Shown one piece after another: positions 23,150-34,037 of a DNA stretch of 64,000 bases. Made by a program: the position numbers and the translations under genes. Source of the stretch: Macrostomum lignano (taxonomy: Eukaryota); contig NIVC01002392.1 in the NCBI GenBank assembly GCA_002269645.1, positions 1 through 64,000 of the forward strand, in the 5' to 3' direction. Below the pieces are notes generated by a model. That model saw nothing but the letters and a program-made list of their open reading frames with translations, had not been told where the DNA came from and ran no database searches. The number at the start of each line of letters is the position of its first letter. Position 1 is the first letter of the stretch.

Positions 23150-23551
23150 TGTTGCAATGTTATTCCAATGTACCTAGTTTCTAGAAGTTTCCTTTCCCCT
23201 TCGCGCATTCTATACGAGTAAAATTTCCAAATTAAGTAAAAGAAATTTCTGCATTTTTCTTCGAATTTCCATAACAAAATATTTCTACGCGGAACCTTTA
23301 CATATCTTATAGTTTAATTATTAGCCATATTCTTATTCAACGCATTTATCCGTATTAGCTACAGTTTACATTATAACGTTGTATCTTTGTTATAATTCTA
23401 AAGAAATTTCCAGAACACCGTTAATTTTGCTATAAATATACACCAGGCAAACCCAGCTAATAAGCAAGTGTTTTTCCGGTAATCTCGATTATCGATAATA
23501 AATATTTGAACCACCGCTTTCAAGCCTCATTTATTTTTCAGACACGCTACA
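23150..23551 (+). repeat. 3' LTR of the CsRn1-like element (402 bp)
   Basis: Direct repeat of 18360-18751. Confidence 0.93.
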
Positions 23552-23555
23552 AATA

Positions 23556-23714
23556 AATCGATAATGGACTGGCGTCACATTGCTAGCACTACAAGCGTAC
23601 GTGCAATGAAGATCAGTGTACGAGCTAATAGCCGACAAAGGAAAGTGTTGCGCAAATTACGAGTATATTAACGTAACTTTTAAGATATATAGAGTTTATT
23701 TCTTGTCGAAGTTC
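23556..23714 (-). mobile_element. Ginger-like element copy A, second fragment
   Basis: Reverse complement of ~24537-24696; rejoins 18359 exactly when the Gypsy element and one AATA are removed. Confidence 0.7.
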
Positions 23715-23811
23715 TCAAGCAAGCCATGACTCCCTCCCATGACTCCCTCTCTCTGATTGGCTGCCGGCAGAATGACATCAGAATGAGTCATGATGAGAAG
23801 CATGAGACCGG

Positions 23812-25013
23812 TGTTACACTTTAGACTATCCGGGGTTTTTTTGTCTGGCCCGGATATCCGAACGCACTTACGATGTCCGCCCGGATACTGCCAAGCAAAA
23901 AACCTGCTATGTTTTCTCCTTCCCGGATATCTTGAGCTGCTTTGCATTGTCCGGGCACTTTGAGATGTCTCTCCCGGACATCCTACGGCACTGACTCTGC
24001 TATCCGGCCCGGAGATCACAAGAAGGGAAGTTGTCTCAGGACATCCGACTGTAGGTTGAAAGAGAGGGGTCAGCCTGCGGAGACAGAGGTTTGCTTTAGG
24101 ACATCCGGCTACTGATATCCGGGGCTAGAGAAAAAGCAAAATTTCGAAATCAATTTCCGCAAAGTAGAAAAAACTTTTTGCTACTTTTTTCAATTGGCAA
24201 ACATCTTTTTGCATTTCACACACTCCAAACAGAAGTAAAATTAAAGCTATTGATACTATACATTGTCAACCGAAAAAAACTGTTACTTGATTCACAAATC
24301 TACATGTAATTCGATCAATCAAAACAGGCGATCCGCTGAATGAAGCGTGAAGTTTTTGCTCTTTTGTCTGATTTTTCTTTTTAGATCATCTCTCTCTCGT
24401 ACTGGAATTTTCCGGCAGCTCAACATACAGCTCGTCGTTCAAAACAAACATTTGTAAAAACACTTGGTTCAGCGATACTTTAGCCATCGAGAGATGATAA
24501 ATTTTCCTAAACGATTTCTAAACGATTTCCTTTCTTGGAACTTCGACAAGAAATAAACTCTATATATCTTAAAAGTTACGTTAATATACTCGTATTTTGC
24601 GCAACAATTTCCTTTGTCGGCTATTAGCTCGTACACTGATCTTCATTGCACGTACGCTTGTAGTGCTAGCAATGTGACGCCAGTCCATTATCGATTTATT
24701 CTTAAACTGCACATCATTTGCCCCTCCACTGTCTAAGGTGCAGTCAGAGCCCTTCCTGGCCTCTGAGTCAGCCCCGTTCTCTCGAAATGATGTCCTGCCC
24801 CATTCACATGCGCTTTCTCAGGTAAATAACTTGACCACCTTGCCACCCAAATCTTAATTTATTCACCCCGGACAATTTAAGACCCAGGATATTTCAAAGC
24901 CCGATTTTGTTGTGCCTTGGATTATCCAGGGTAGGTTATCGCAAAGCGACAATAATTTTGCTTTGCGATGTCCCCCGGATAAATTAAGACCCCGGAGAAC
25001 AGAAAGCCTAACA
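23812..25013 (+). mobile_element. Ginger-like non-autonomous DNA transposon, copy B (1202 bp, complete)
   Basis: TGTTA...TAACA ends; imperfect ~29-bp TIR (TGTTA..CTTT....T.TCCGGGGT.TT); CCGG TSD (23808-23811 / 25014-25017) matching the single CCGG in the uninterrupted LTR; subterminal CCGG-rich repeats; no ORF. Confidence 0.75.
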
Positions 25014-26422
25014 CCGGCATAGCAACATGAGAAATGGGAAAATTGCGCCATCCGGAGGTGGAGTGGGGGATAATTGGCGCAGCGGGAGGTCGTGAAAGTG
25101 TTGCGCAAACAAACATTGAGAACAATGGGGCTGGGGTCGAGAACAAAGGAATTGGAAAACGGGGATAATTGGGGAGAATCGAGAACAATAGAAAAGCAAA
25201 CATTGGAGAAAAGGTGATAATTGGTGGGGGTAAAGAGAACAAAAGAATCAAAAACGAGAACAATAGAAGCGGAGGTGGGGTGGGTGTCGCATGAGAAATT
25301 TAGGGAGGAGAACAATAGCATGAGAAAAGGTTGCGCAAGAGAGGGGGATGAGTCATCGATGAGTCATCGAGGGGGAGAAGGGATCACACGACTTGCGTCA
25401 CCGTTTGGGAGTTTCAGAAGGAATGGGGGGACGGTGAGCACACAAAATACTGTAAGTAGACGCAGAGAAAGGGGGGACAGCGCAGGAAAATAGTGCGAAA
25501 AGGGGCAAAAAGAGGGGAGACAGGAAGAGTACATGAAGAATAGGGGGGAGCGCAGAGGAGATAGGGTAGAGGGGGAGGTGCAAAGAGGGAGGGGGGCTCC
25601 GGAAAGGCAAGTGTGGCGGCAGGGGAGACGGAGCCAAGGCAGCAGGGGGGTGCAGCAGAGCGGGAGTCTTCAGGCCTGGTCGAAGACCTGGCCGAGTCTC
25701 AACAGCTCTGTGCAGGGGGTGCACGGCGATAAGGGGGCACTTTCGAAAAAGTTCCCCTGCCCTATCCCGCGACCAGAGCGTGGTTACATCAATTACAGAG
25801 AATTACTCTGCTACGATCGATTTGGATTAGCGAGGCTAACGACAGTAAGACCAGTGGAAACACCTTACTTATCTTTCTGTCCACAATTTAAAAGGATTTT
25901 AACAAAACTATTAAAAAAAACTTTCTCTTTAAGGAAGTATTTGAGCCAATCATTCAATGCCCCCAAGAATTTACAGAAACACTGTTGTAACTGCATGGCT
26001 TCACATTTCTAATTCTATCAAGAGGGTTTTGGCAAGTGTTGAGACAGAACTCAGCGACATCACCATCTCTAAATTCTCAAAAAATACGAGAATATTGACT
26101 GACACACAGTGTGCTCAAACATTTTAAAGGAGCTAAGGAAGCTCCCTTGTAATAACAGAGTTCTCAGAAGAGGGTTGTATTTCTTCTCAACAAGCGATGT
26201 CTCTGAGATACATAATGGTAAGAATTTCGCTAGTTGGTAAGAGCAAAATGGAAACAACCAAAAACAAGATGGCTGTTTAGTTTAGAGTTTAGTTGTTTGT
26301 GGAGCTTTAAATTGTGACGTTTCTTCGCTTCTTCAAGTTTCTTTTGCTGTCATTTGAGAAAAACTCGTCACCTTAAAACCTGTCACTTCTTCAGCTTCAG
26401 GAGAACCCGCTTGTGTTCCGCT

Positions 26423-27937
26423 ATGGAAAAACGGCTGGTGGTAGCGGCTTTGCTATCTCTGCTTTTGCCTGTGACTTCTGCAGCAGGTAAAATTTCATCT
26501 TTTAGTTGTCTTTTGTATTGTGTAATGCATTGAACTACGAGTACTTTAGTCTGTTTTATTGTTTGTATTCAGACAGAAGCACGAATTTACACGCATGCTA
26601 AACCGATTGGCATGATTTCATAAGCAATTAAGTTTGCTTAAATGCTTCACCAGACATCGAATTCGTTTGTTTTAGACTTTAAAAATGTACGCTTGTGCGA
26701 AAATAAAAAATTCCAGAGTTCTCTATCCAGCCGGTGAGCGAACCGATTGCGACCTCTGGCTACAAAACTCTGCCGGGTCGCAATGAGAGAGAGAGACTGC
26801 GCGATGAAGTGCGAGTTGCTGGGCAGCCTGGTGTGCTCAGCCGTCTCATTCTTGCAGGAATCTGGTCTCTGCCTGCTGTCTGCCGTGCGGAATGCCAGCT
26901 TCGGAGCTGCTGGCGGCAGCGGCCAGGTGTTTCGACGTCGGGATAATTCGCGTGGGGTTGAATTTTATACAGAACGCAAACTTGTTTATGCGACTCTGTC
27001 AATGGTTGAACTATCGAATCAGTGTTTTTCTGTGTCACTTTAAGACTTATCGCTTCTGGGATGAGTACGGTTGGTAACTATACACTCTTGTTTAAGTGGC
27101 TCAAAGTGATGACATTAATAACAAAAAATTACGCTTCTAGGCCTCGTGCGCTATGGGACAATCGACAGTGGCCGCGTGTTCCGAATCATGCAGCACCGAT
27201 CCAAAGGAAATCTGAGCTTTGCCTGGAACTGGAGCGACTATGAGAACGGATTCGGGGACGGCGCCGACTTCTGGATTGGTGAGTCCGGACTGTCACGAGG
27301 TTGATGCACTGAATCGGCATCATCTCACTTTATGATCTGTGTTGACCAGAGATGCAAATGAAGCTCGTGTTTTGTTCGAGGTTTGACTCACGAGTTATTT
27401 TTAAAGAAATCCTTTTAGAAATGCCGCCGAATTTGCGAGTGTAGCCTTCCTTATCCTTTACTTTTCAATGCATTTTAAAGCATTCTTCCCCAAACTGCAA
27501 CTGTAGGTCTAAAAACAATAAACCAGCTGACCGGAAACCCTCCACGGCTGCTTAGAGCTGAGATAATCACGTGGTCGAATGTTCTCTTCGTGTGCGAGTA
27601 CTCCAACTTTACTGTGGGTGACGTCACCACCAACTACACCATGAACTATGGTTCCTACCTGACTGGCAGCTCCAACACAAGCGAAGACTCGCTATCCTAC
27701 CAGAATGGAATGCAGTTCTCCACAATGGACCGGGACAACGATGTTCAAAGCACTTCCTGCTCGAACTCCTACGGCAACGGCGGCTGGTGGTTCAAGGACT
27801 GTTTAAAGACAAATCCTAATGGGATTTACGGCACCTCGGCTGTGAGCGGCCCGGTTTACATGAGTTGGAACGGAGCCACTTCGAATCGTTCAACTGCCTT
27901 AAAGAGCATTCAACTCATGATTGAGTTGAGCGACTGA
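26423..27937 (+). pseudogene. PAN/apple + fibrinogen-domain gene, copy 2 (frameshifted in the PAN exon)
   Basis: Exons 26423-26486 (signal peptide MEKRLVVAALLSLLLPVTSAA), 26717-~26952, 27141-27278, 27507-27937; (GA)6 versus (GA)4 in copy 1 near 26785 shifts the frame. Could be a true lesion or an assembly error. Confidence 0.7.
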
Positions 27938-27977
27938 GACAGCATTGCTGATCATGTGACTATGAGACAGATTTTTG

Positions 27978-28249
<272 letters not shown>

Positions 28250-28755
28250 ATACTTTGCATCAGAAAAACACAATGATGAACTTCTAGTGGTCCTTGGATG
28301 AAATATTGAATAAATCTTCATTACGCGAGTTCTTAGGTACAGAATGGCACTATTCAAACCTAAGTACGTCATGTTGTTTATTTCGTCAAATCTTTGAAAT
28401 CTCAAAGCACACGGAGTGCCCTTTGACCAGTTAACGAGTGCACCCTAAAGATATTTTTAGCAATGACTGGGCTGGTAACCTTGATTAAGCAAACCAAGTG
28501 TGTAGCCCACAACAGAAACAAAATTGCCTCAGTATATTTAGTGAGCGACGGCTATTCCATGGCATTTTCGCGGAATTGCCGGCAAAAATATTATTGTGTG
28601 TAAATACGTAATAAATAGCCCGATAAGCCAGTTTTTATGGTGAATAATAATTCCAGCTCAGAACTTAATACATATTAAACTGGGAATTACATCAGTTAAG
28701 CACAACCACAGACAGCATGGTAGCCAAACAAAGGACCCAATCGCGAATATGAGCT

Positions 28756-29418
28756 GTGACAGCCGACCCTCACTCTCGGCGATCGGTCGACACCGCAGTC
28801 GACGTCTCTTGCCCACATCCCGACGTGGACATCAGCGGCCAGAACAGCTTGCTTCGCGCCGCTGCCAAAGCTGACTTGAAAGAGTTCGAGCAGCACTATA
28901 GCCAGTGCAACAAAGACTCAGCTGCAGTCAACTACAAAGACTTTAGCAATCGAACTGCTCTGATTCTCGGCAGCATTGCCGGCAGCCTTGAGATCGTATG
29001 CAGACTGACTAAAAACCATCTGGTGAAGATCAATGAGCAGGTACGTGTGAATTCTTGGAAGAAAGTTTAATGACAAAATATGCAGGTATTAACAAACAAT
29101 TCATGTTTTGCATTGCAGGACAGGTCCGGCTTCACTGCCCTCATGTACGCCTCCCAGAGAGGTCACGCAGCCATCGCTGAGTTGCTCCTGAAGAAGAAGG
29201 CCAACTACAGGCTGACGGACAACCGCGGCAACACCGCCATCATTCTGGCCGCCAGACGAAATCAGGTGGCCTGTCTGGAGACGCTGGCTCGCTACATCAA
29301 GGACCCGGCCGACTGGGAGGCGAAGGGAGAGCACGGACTCACTGCGGAAGAGTGGGCCGAAGCCAACGAGAGGCCAGAAGCGGCTGAATTCATACGGAAG
29401 ATGCACAATTCACCTTGA
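28756..29418 (+). CDS. Ankyrin-repeat protein, paralog A (ANK only; start unresolved)
   Basis: Exon ending 29040 (CAG|gtacgt) and exon 29119-29418; motifs GQNSLLRAA, NRTALILGS, GFTALMYAS, GNTAIILAA. The upstream in-frame ATG at 28717 is cut off by TGA at 28750. Confidence 0.65.
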
Positions 29419-29929
29419 ATATTTTTGCCACACTGATGTGACCAATCAGTATTGACGTTCTACATCGCATCTCTATTTTCTCTTTCATGTTTACTTTTAA
29501 ACGGTGAAAGCATTTTATTCTATTTTAAATTTGTAAAAGGCAAGCCAAAAATTATGTCGAAAGCCAACTCACTCTGCTGCCTTAATAAAGTTTTTTAATA
29601 ATTTTGTTAAAATATAGCGTTTTAAACGAATTTCCTAGTTTTAATCTGTGATAAATTAAATTTTCTTTTTTTATAATACTTACAACAGCAATACTCAATA
29701 TTGTATTTAAAAGAGACAGAAAATTCGAGTAAACTAAGTGAAGTTTGTAACAAAATAAACCGCAAATTCGGTCAATTTTAATTTACATAAAAATTACATA
29801 CATTACATTAATTCGTTGATTTGATTTTTTAGTTTATTTATTTTATAATTAGCTAGCTAGTTAGTTCAGAGTGCGCACAGGTTGTATAAGCTCGTAGATT
29901 TTTTGTCGTAGGGTATTTAAACACTCTAC

Positions 29930-30140
29930 CAGTGGCGGATCTAGAGTTTCATTTTGGGGGGGGGGCGGTCTAAGTTTGGGGCGCCAACACGAGTGTAAGG
30001 GGCGCCAATTTTTAACCTAGGGGCGCAAAAAAGGTGTTTGGGTTCGCAAACTTAGGTTTTTTGGGGTGCACAATATGTTCTGTCAAGCTATTTTTGGGGT
30101 AGGGGGCAGCCGCCCCCCCCCCCCCCTAAATCTAACCCTG
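29930..30140. mobile_element. Possible hAT-like MITE (211 bp)
   Basis: Imperfect TIR CAGTGGCGGATCTAG / CTAAATCTAACCCTG; internal GGGGCGC(C)AA repeats and G/C homopolymers; no TSD found. Confidence 0.35.
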
Positions 30141-30409
30141 CTCTGTGCTTTGGGTTCCACAACTTTTGTGAAAAATTCGATTAGCACCCAAGGTCACGAG
30201 AGCCGCAACTATACCGAACAGACCAGTGGCCTCTCGCTAGTGATTTTTTCTATTATCGAGCCGACTTCAAAATTACTTTTAATAAGCTGGTGATGTTTTG
30301 TTTGGATAATTTTTTCTTTAATCTCATTTGCTGCTCTGTTGGTCTTCTCTGTCTGATTAGAAACATTCGAGCCGGGTGATTTTGAGTTTAGAAAATGCAT
30401 CAATTTTAG

Positions 30410-30720
30410 ACACGCCAGAGCGCGAGCCCAGGACGCGCTCTACTGATCGCTGCTGCGCTACGCGGCGTGCCTGCCGACCAACGCTCTGATGACCCACGTT
30501 GGAGCTCCGCCCTGTGCCGGTGCCGTCAGATGCTGCTGGGCCACTGCCTCCGGACCCTTGGCTCCGGGCCCTGCTGCACCGGCCAACCCAGCAACTGCCA
30601 CTCTGGCTGATTGCCTCATCGCTAACCTGCAGGTGCTATCGCTGCCCCCAGGCTGCTGCCGCCTCCCACCTGGTCTGCAAACGCGTGCACGCAATGGGTC
30701 TCCCTTATTGCGTCCTTGAA
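30410..30720 (+). mobile_element. Degenerate 3' fragment of a non-LTR retrotransposon ORF2
   Basis: Frameshifted peptides SLLRYAA..LMTHVGAPP / RQMLLGHCLR / LLHRPT / TLADCLIA resemble the post-RT 'RL.LxGHxxR' region of RTE/CR1-type LINEs. Confidence 0.4.
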
Positions 30721-31489
30721 GCTTGGCTCAATCAGAATGCAAGAATTATAGGTACATCAACTCAAAACTAGTTGTCGTAAGGTCTTTCTCCAAGCTGTCA
30801 CTACAGTAACCATGGGTTTTGTGCGGCTTTTTGTCACCTTGTAAACATGTTTTTTCCATAACAGAATCGGAGCCATTGTATTTGAATCCTTCAGTTTTTC
30901 CCCATTTATTTAGGACGCAGTACTACGAAAGCCTTTACTTGTACGCTGGTAGTAGCAACGGAGCAGCCCACTTTAGTATCTAAAAGGGTAGAAAAACTGG
31001 GGGTTGGAAACAGCGGTGGAAGCCGTGCTTCAAAAGAGGAAAGCAGTACGGCGAGTACGCGATCACCGCTGCTGGGTATGAATGTACTGAGCGTATAGTT
31101 TCTGTCTACTGCATACCCATTTGCACACCGTTGCCAGTGCATTTACTGTAAAGCACCGCCTGCAAACCAACTTGCGTATATAATTGAGAGTTTTAACACA
31201 GGTATAGGTATGCGTTGAGGCAGCTCTGCACTGTAGGCTCGGTTCAGTTTCTGCTCCAAAGCGACAGAAAAAGCAGAAGACATGGGGCTAATATTACCAT
31301 TAGTCTATTAAGATTACTCAACTGACAGTTCTGTTGTACAAATTCAACTAAAAAGTTAGAGAAAATTGAATCAATATTTTTTAAATCGAATCGATTTATT
31401 GATTCAACTCATCTTAAAAAATCGCAGGGAAATCTGTCGTTTTTCCTATTCATAGCGAGCTGAAGCCGTGAAAAAAGTTATAGAGAAAA

Positions 31490-33312
31490 ATGAACTACGA
31501 ATCAACCAGTGGCCTCAATGGTTTCCATAAAAGTGTCAACCACAGCCATTCGACAGGTAAGATTTGAAAATATTTTTTTGTTCTAGTAAGCCCGTTCGTG
31601 CAGCGGCGCAAAAGTCCTACTCACATATGTTGTTTCTCATCTCAGATCTCTCAAATCCCAAACTGAAGTATTTCTTCTTTCATTTTGCAAATTCTCAGCA
31701 GCTTTGGCTTGAAGGGGAGTACTGAGTTCGAAAAACTTTAGTTCCTAGTGCTGAAGGTCATTCCACGGTAAATCCGTGGAAGAACCGGCCGGAACAGACA
31801 AGTTATTGCGCTGGCAATTCCAGGAATTTCCCACGGAATTGCCGTGGAATTGCCGACTTAGTTTTATTATTTTACTGTACAAGCAAGGGTTTGAGAAATT
31901 TCTCTCTACGCTCGTACGCTCGTATGATGTACTCCATAAAAGTTAATTTTAGCAGCTGAGTAAATATTAAATCAGATACGCAACAACTGATTTCAATTAG
32001 TAGACAACTTTTTAAACCACAATATAGCACGAAGTACTACGATTAATTTTGTTATAAAGGTTAGGCGATAGAGTTCAGGTACAATGTGTCTCCAGATCGA
32101 CTTAAATCTGTAATCGATTCGTATTTTTCGAATTTTTTTCGCAGATGAAAAGTATGGAAAAACCGGCCAATCAGAGACTAAAAGTCTGCACAGGTCCTCA
32201 ACTACAGGGGATGTCCCCGCCAACGACGTGGACATCAGCGGCCAGAACGCGATGCTGCGAGCGGCTGCCAAAGGCAACCCGCAGGAATTCGTGACTATCT
32301 ACCAGCTGAACTCTCGCAGCCAAGAGGCGGTCAATTTTGTGGACTACAGCAAGCGAACTGCGCTCATTCTTGCCAGCGTGGCTGGCTGCGAGGTGATTGC
32401 GAAAACCTTGCTCAGCAACAAGCTGGTGTTGCTCGATTGCCAGGTGAGATAAAAAAATTTGAATGAAACTAATAAAAACAGTTCCCTAATAATCATAACG
32501 CTTACACTTTGTTTTGCATTGCAGGACAGGTCCGGCTTCACTGCCCTCATGTACGCCGCCCAGAGAGGTCACGCAGCCATCGCTGAGTTGCTCCTGAAGA
32601 AGAAGGCCAACTACAGGCTGACGGACAACCGCGGCAACACCGCCATCATTCTGGCCGCCAGACGAAATCAGGTGGCCTGTCTGGAGACGCTGGCTCGCTA
32701 CATCAAAGACCCGGCTGACTGGGAGGCGAAGGGCGAGCATGGACTCACTGCAGAAAAATGGGCCCAAGCCAACGAGAGGCCAGAAGCGGCTGGATTTGTC
32801 CGAAAGACGTAAGTACCGTTTTTGGTTTCTTAGAATTTACAATAAAGTATATCTAAATGAGCGGGAATTTTGATGACTCAGCATCCGGATCGAACTAACC
32901 TACAGGATTACTGAGCTCACTGCCGGCCAGTCAAGCTCTGTGGCGGCCGAATCCAATGACAGAGACGGAGCTGGAGGTCCTTCAAGCGGGAGCGGAAAGG
33001 ATGCCAGCAACCACAGCGGCTCGAACAGGAGAAGTAGCAGAAAGCGCACGCATCAGTCGACAGTGGGCAGTCAGGAGGACAAGACCTCGGGTGGAATGGT
33101 CGGCCGAAAGAGCTGTTTTGCGCCAAGGCTGACAAACGGCGACCGCCGAGTAACCATGGAGACGGGGGTGTTTGGGGTGGTGGCCGTGCAGGATACATGT
33201 CAGGCTAGGGTGTCGGTGGTCGATACTGTTAGTGATAGTCGTGAAAGAGCCGTAGGCGGAGGCGGAGGCGGAAGCGGCGGCGGTGGAGGTAGCGGAGGAG
33301 GAGGAGGCGGAG

Positions 33313-33355
<43 letters not shown>

Positions 33356-34037
33356 TGGCGGAGGCGGAGGCGGCAGAGACGCCAATGAGTTTCAAAACGT
33401 GAGAAACCTTGTCACGCCAGACGACGCCGATGTCTACGAAATTGGTGAAAATCGGCAAGCGTTCCTGGCTGCCTTTAATTTGGTGGATGTCGATGGTCAG
33501 TGTCACTATCGAATTGAGGCCAAGAAGAAAGTTAATAAGAATTTTCGCAAATTCCTTGAAAGCAAAGGCTTTTACGTTGTGGATCTCCGATCAAATGTAT
33601 CATCAGAGTTAAGAGACTATGTGCAAAGCAGAATAGCCGTTGAAACTGAAAGCAGTGCCTGGGCTCTTGCACTACTCGACTTCGGTCGCCTGTCCTTCGA
33701 CGAGAAGCTGGGGCTGCTTGGGCCTGCCCGAACTCGCGAGGGACTGCCAAAACTGCTGCTGAATCAAGGCGTGTCTCCGGATGGGATGGCAGCCTATGGA
33801 GACGTGCGAGTCCACAGGGACACGTTGATGTTGTACAGCCATCAGGGCGGTGACTGCGAGGGTTCGGCCTTCTCGGCGGAGTTTCAAGAGCATTTTAACT
33901 ATCCGCCGCCAGGGCCGGAGTTCACCCAGCACCTGCACAGATTGGTGGTGCCACCTCACGCCAGATGGAGGCAAGACGAGGAGACTCCGGTGTTTGACAA
34001 TTTCCTGACAAAGAGGTTGAAATTTCGTGGAAACTAA
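31490..34037 (+). CDS. Ankyrin-repeat / caspase-like (pseudocaspase) fusion protein, ~593 aa
   Basis: Exons 31490-31556, 32145-32443, 32525-32808 (AC|gtaagt), 32906-34037 (ctaac..cag|g); 1782 nt, in frame. ~5 ANK repeats, Gly-rich linker, then a domain collinear with caspase p20/p10, with catalytic His and Cys replaced. Confidence 0.75.
33255..33375 (+). repeat. (GGC/GGA)n poly-Gly coding run
   Basis: ~40 Gly/Ser codons between the ANK and caspase-like domains. Confidence 0.9.

Larger units (their letters stand above)
18360..23551 (+). mobile_element. Ty3/Gypsy LTR retrotransposon, CsRn1-like clade, full length, pol inactivated
   Basis: LTRs 18360-18751 and 23150-23551 (TGTTG...CTACA; 1 substitution + one 10-bp indel); TSD AATA; TGG-PBS at 18754; PPT GGTGGGGGGGACTA before 23150; gag, then PR-RT-RH-IN. 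Confidence 0.95.
16264..25791 (-). mobile_element. Solo LTR of the 2.2-kb LTR family, split by nested insertions
   Basis: TGATGTAAC start at 16264, GTTACATCA end at 25791, TSD ATTA (16260-16263 / 25792-25795); LTR pieces at 16264-16611, 17479-18042, ~23723-23811, 25014-25791; visibly more diverged than the intact pair; R/TATA region deleted. Confidence 0.88.
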
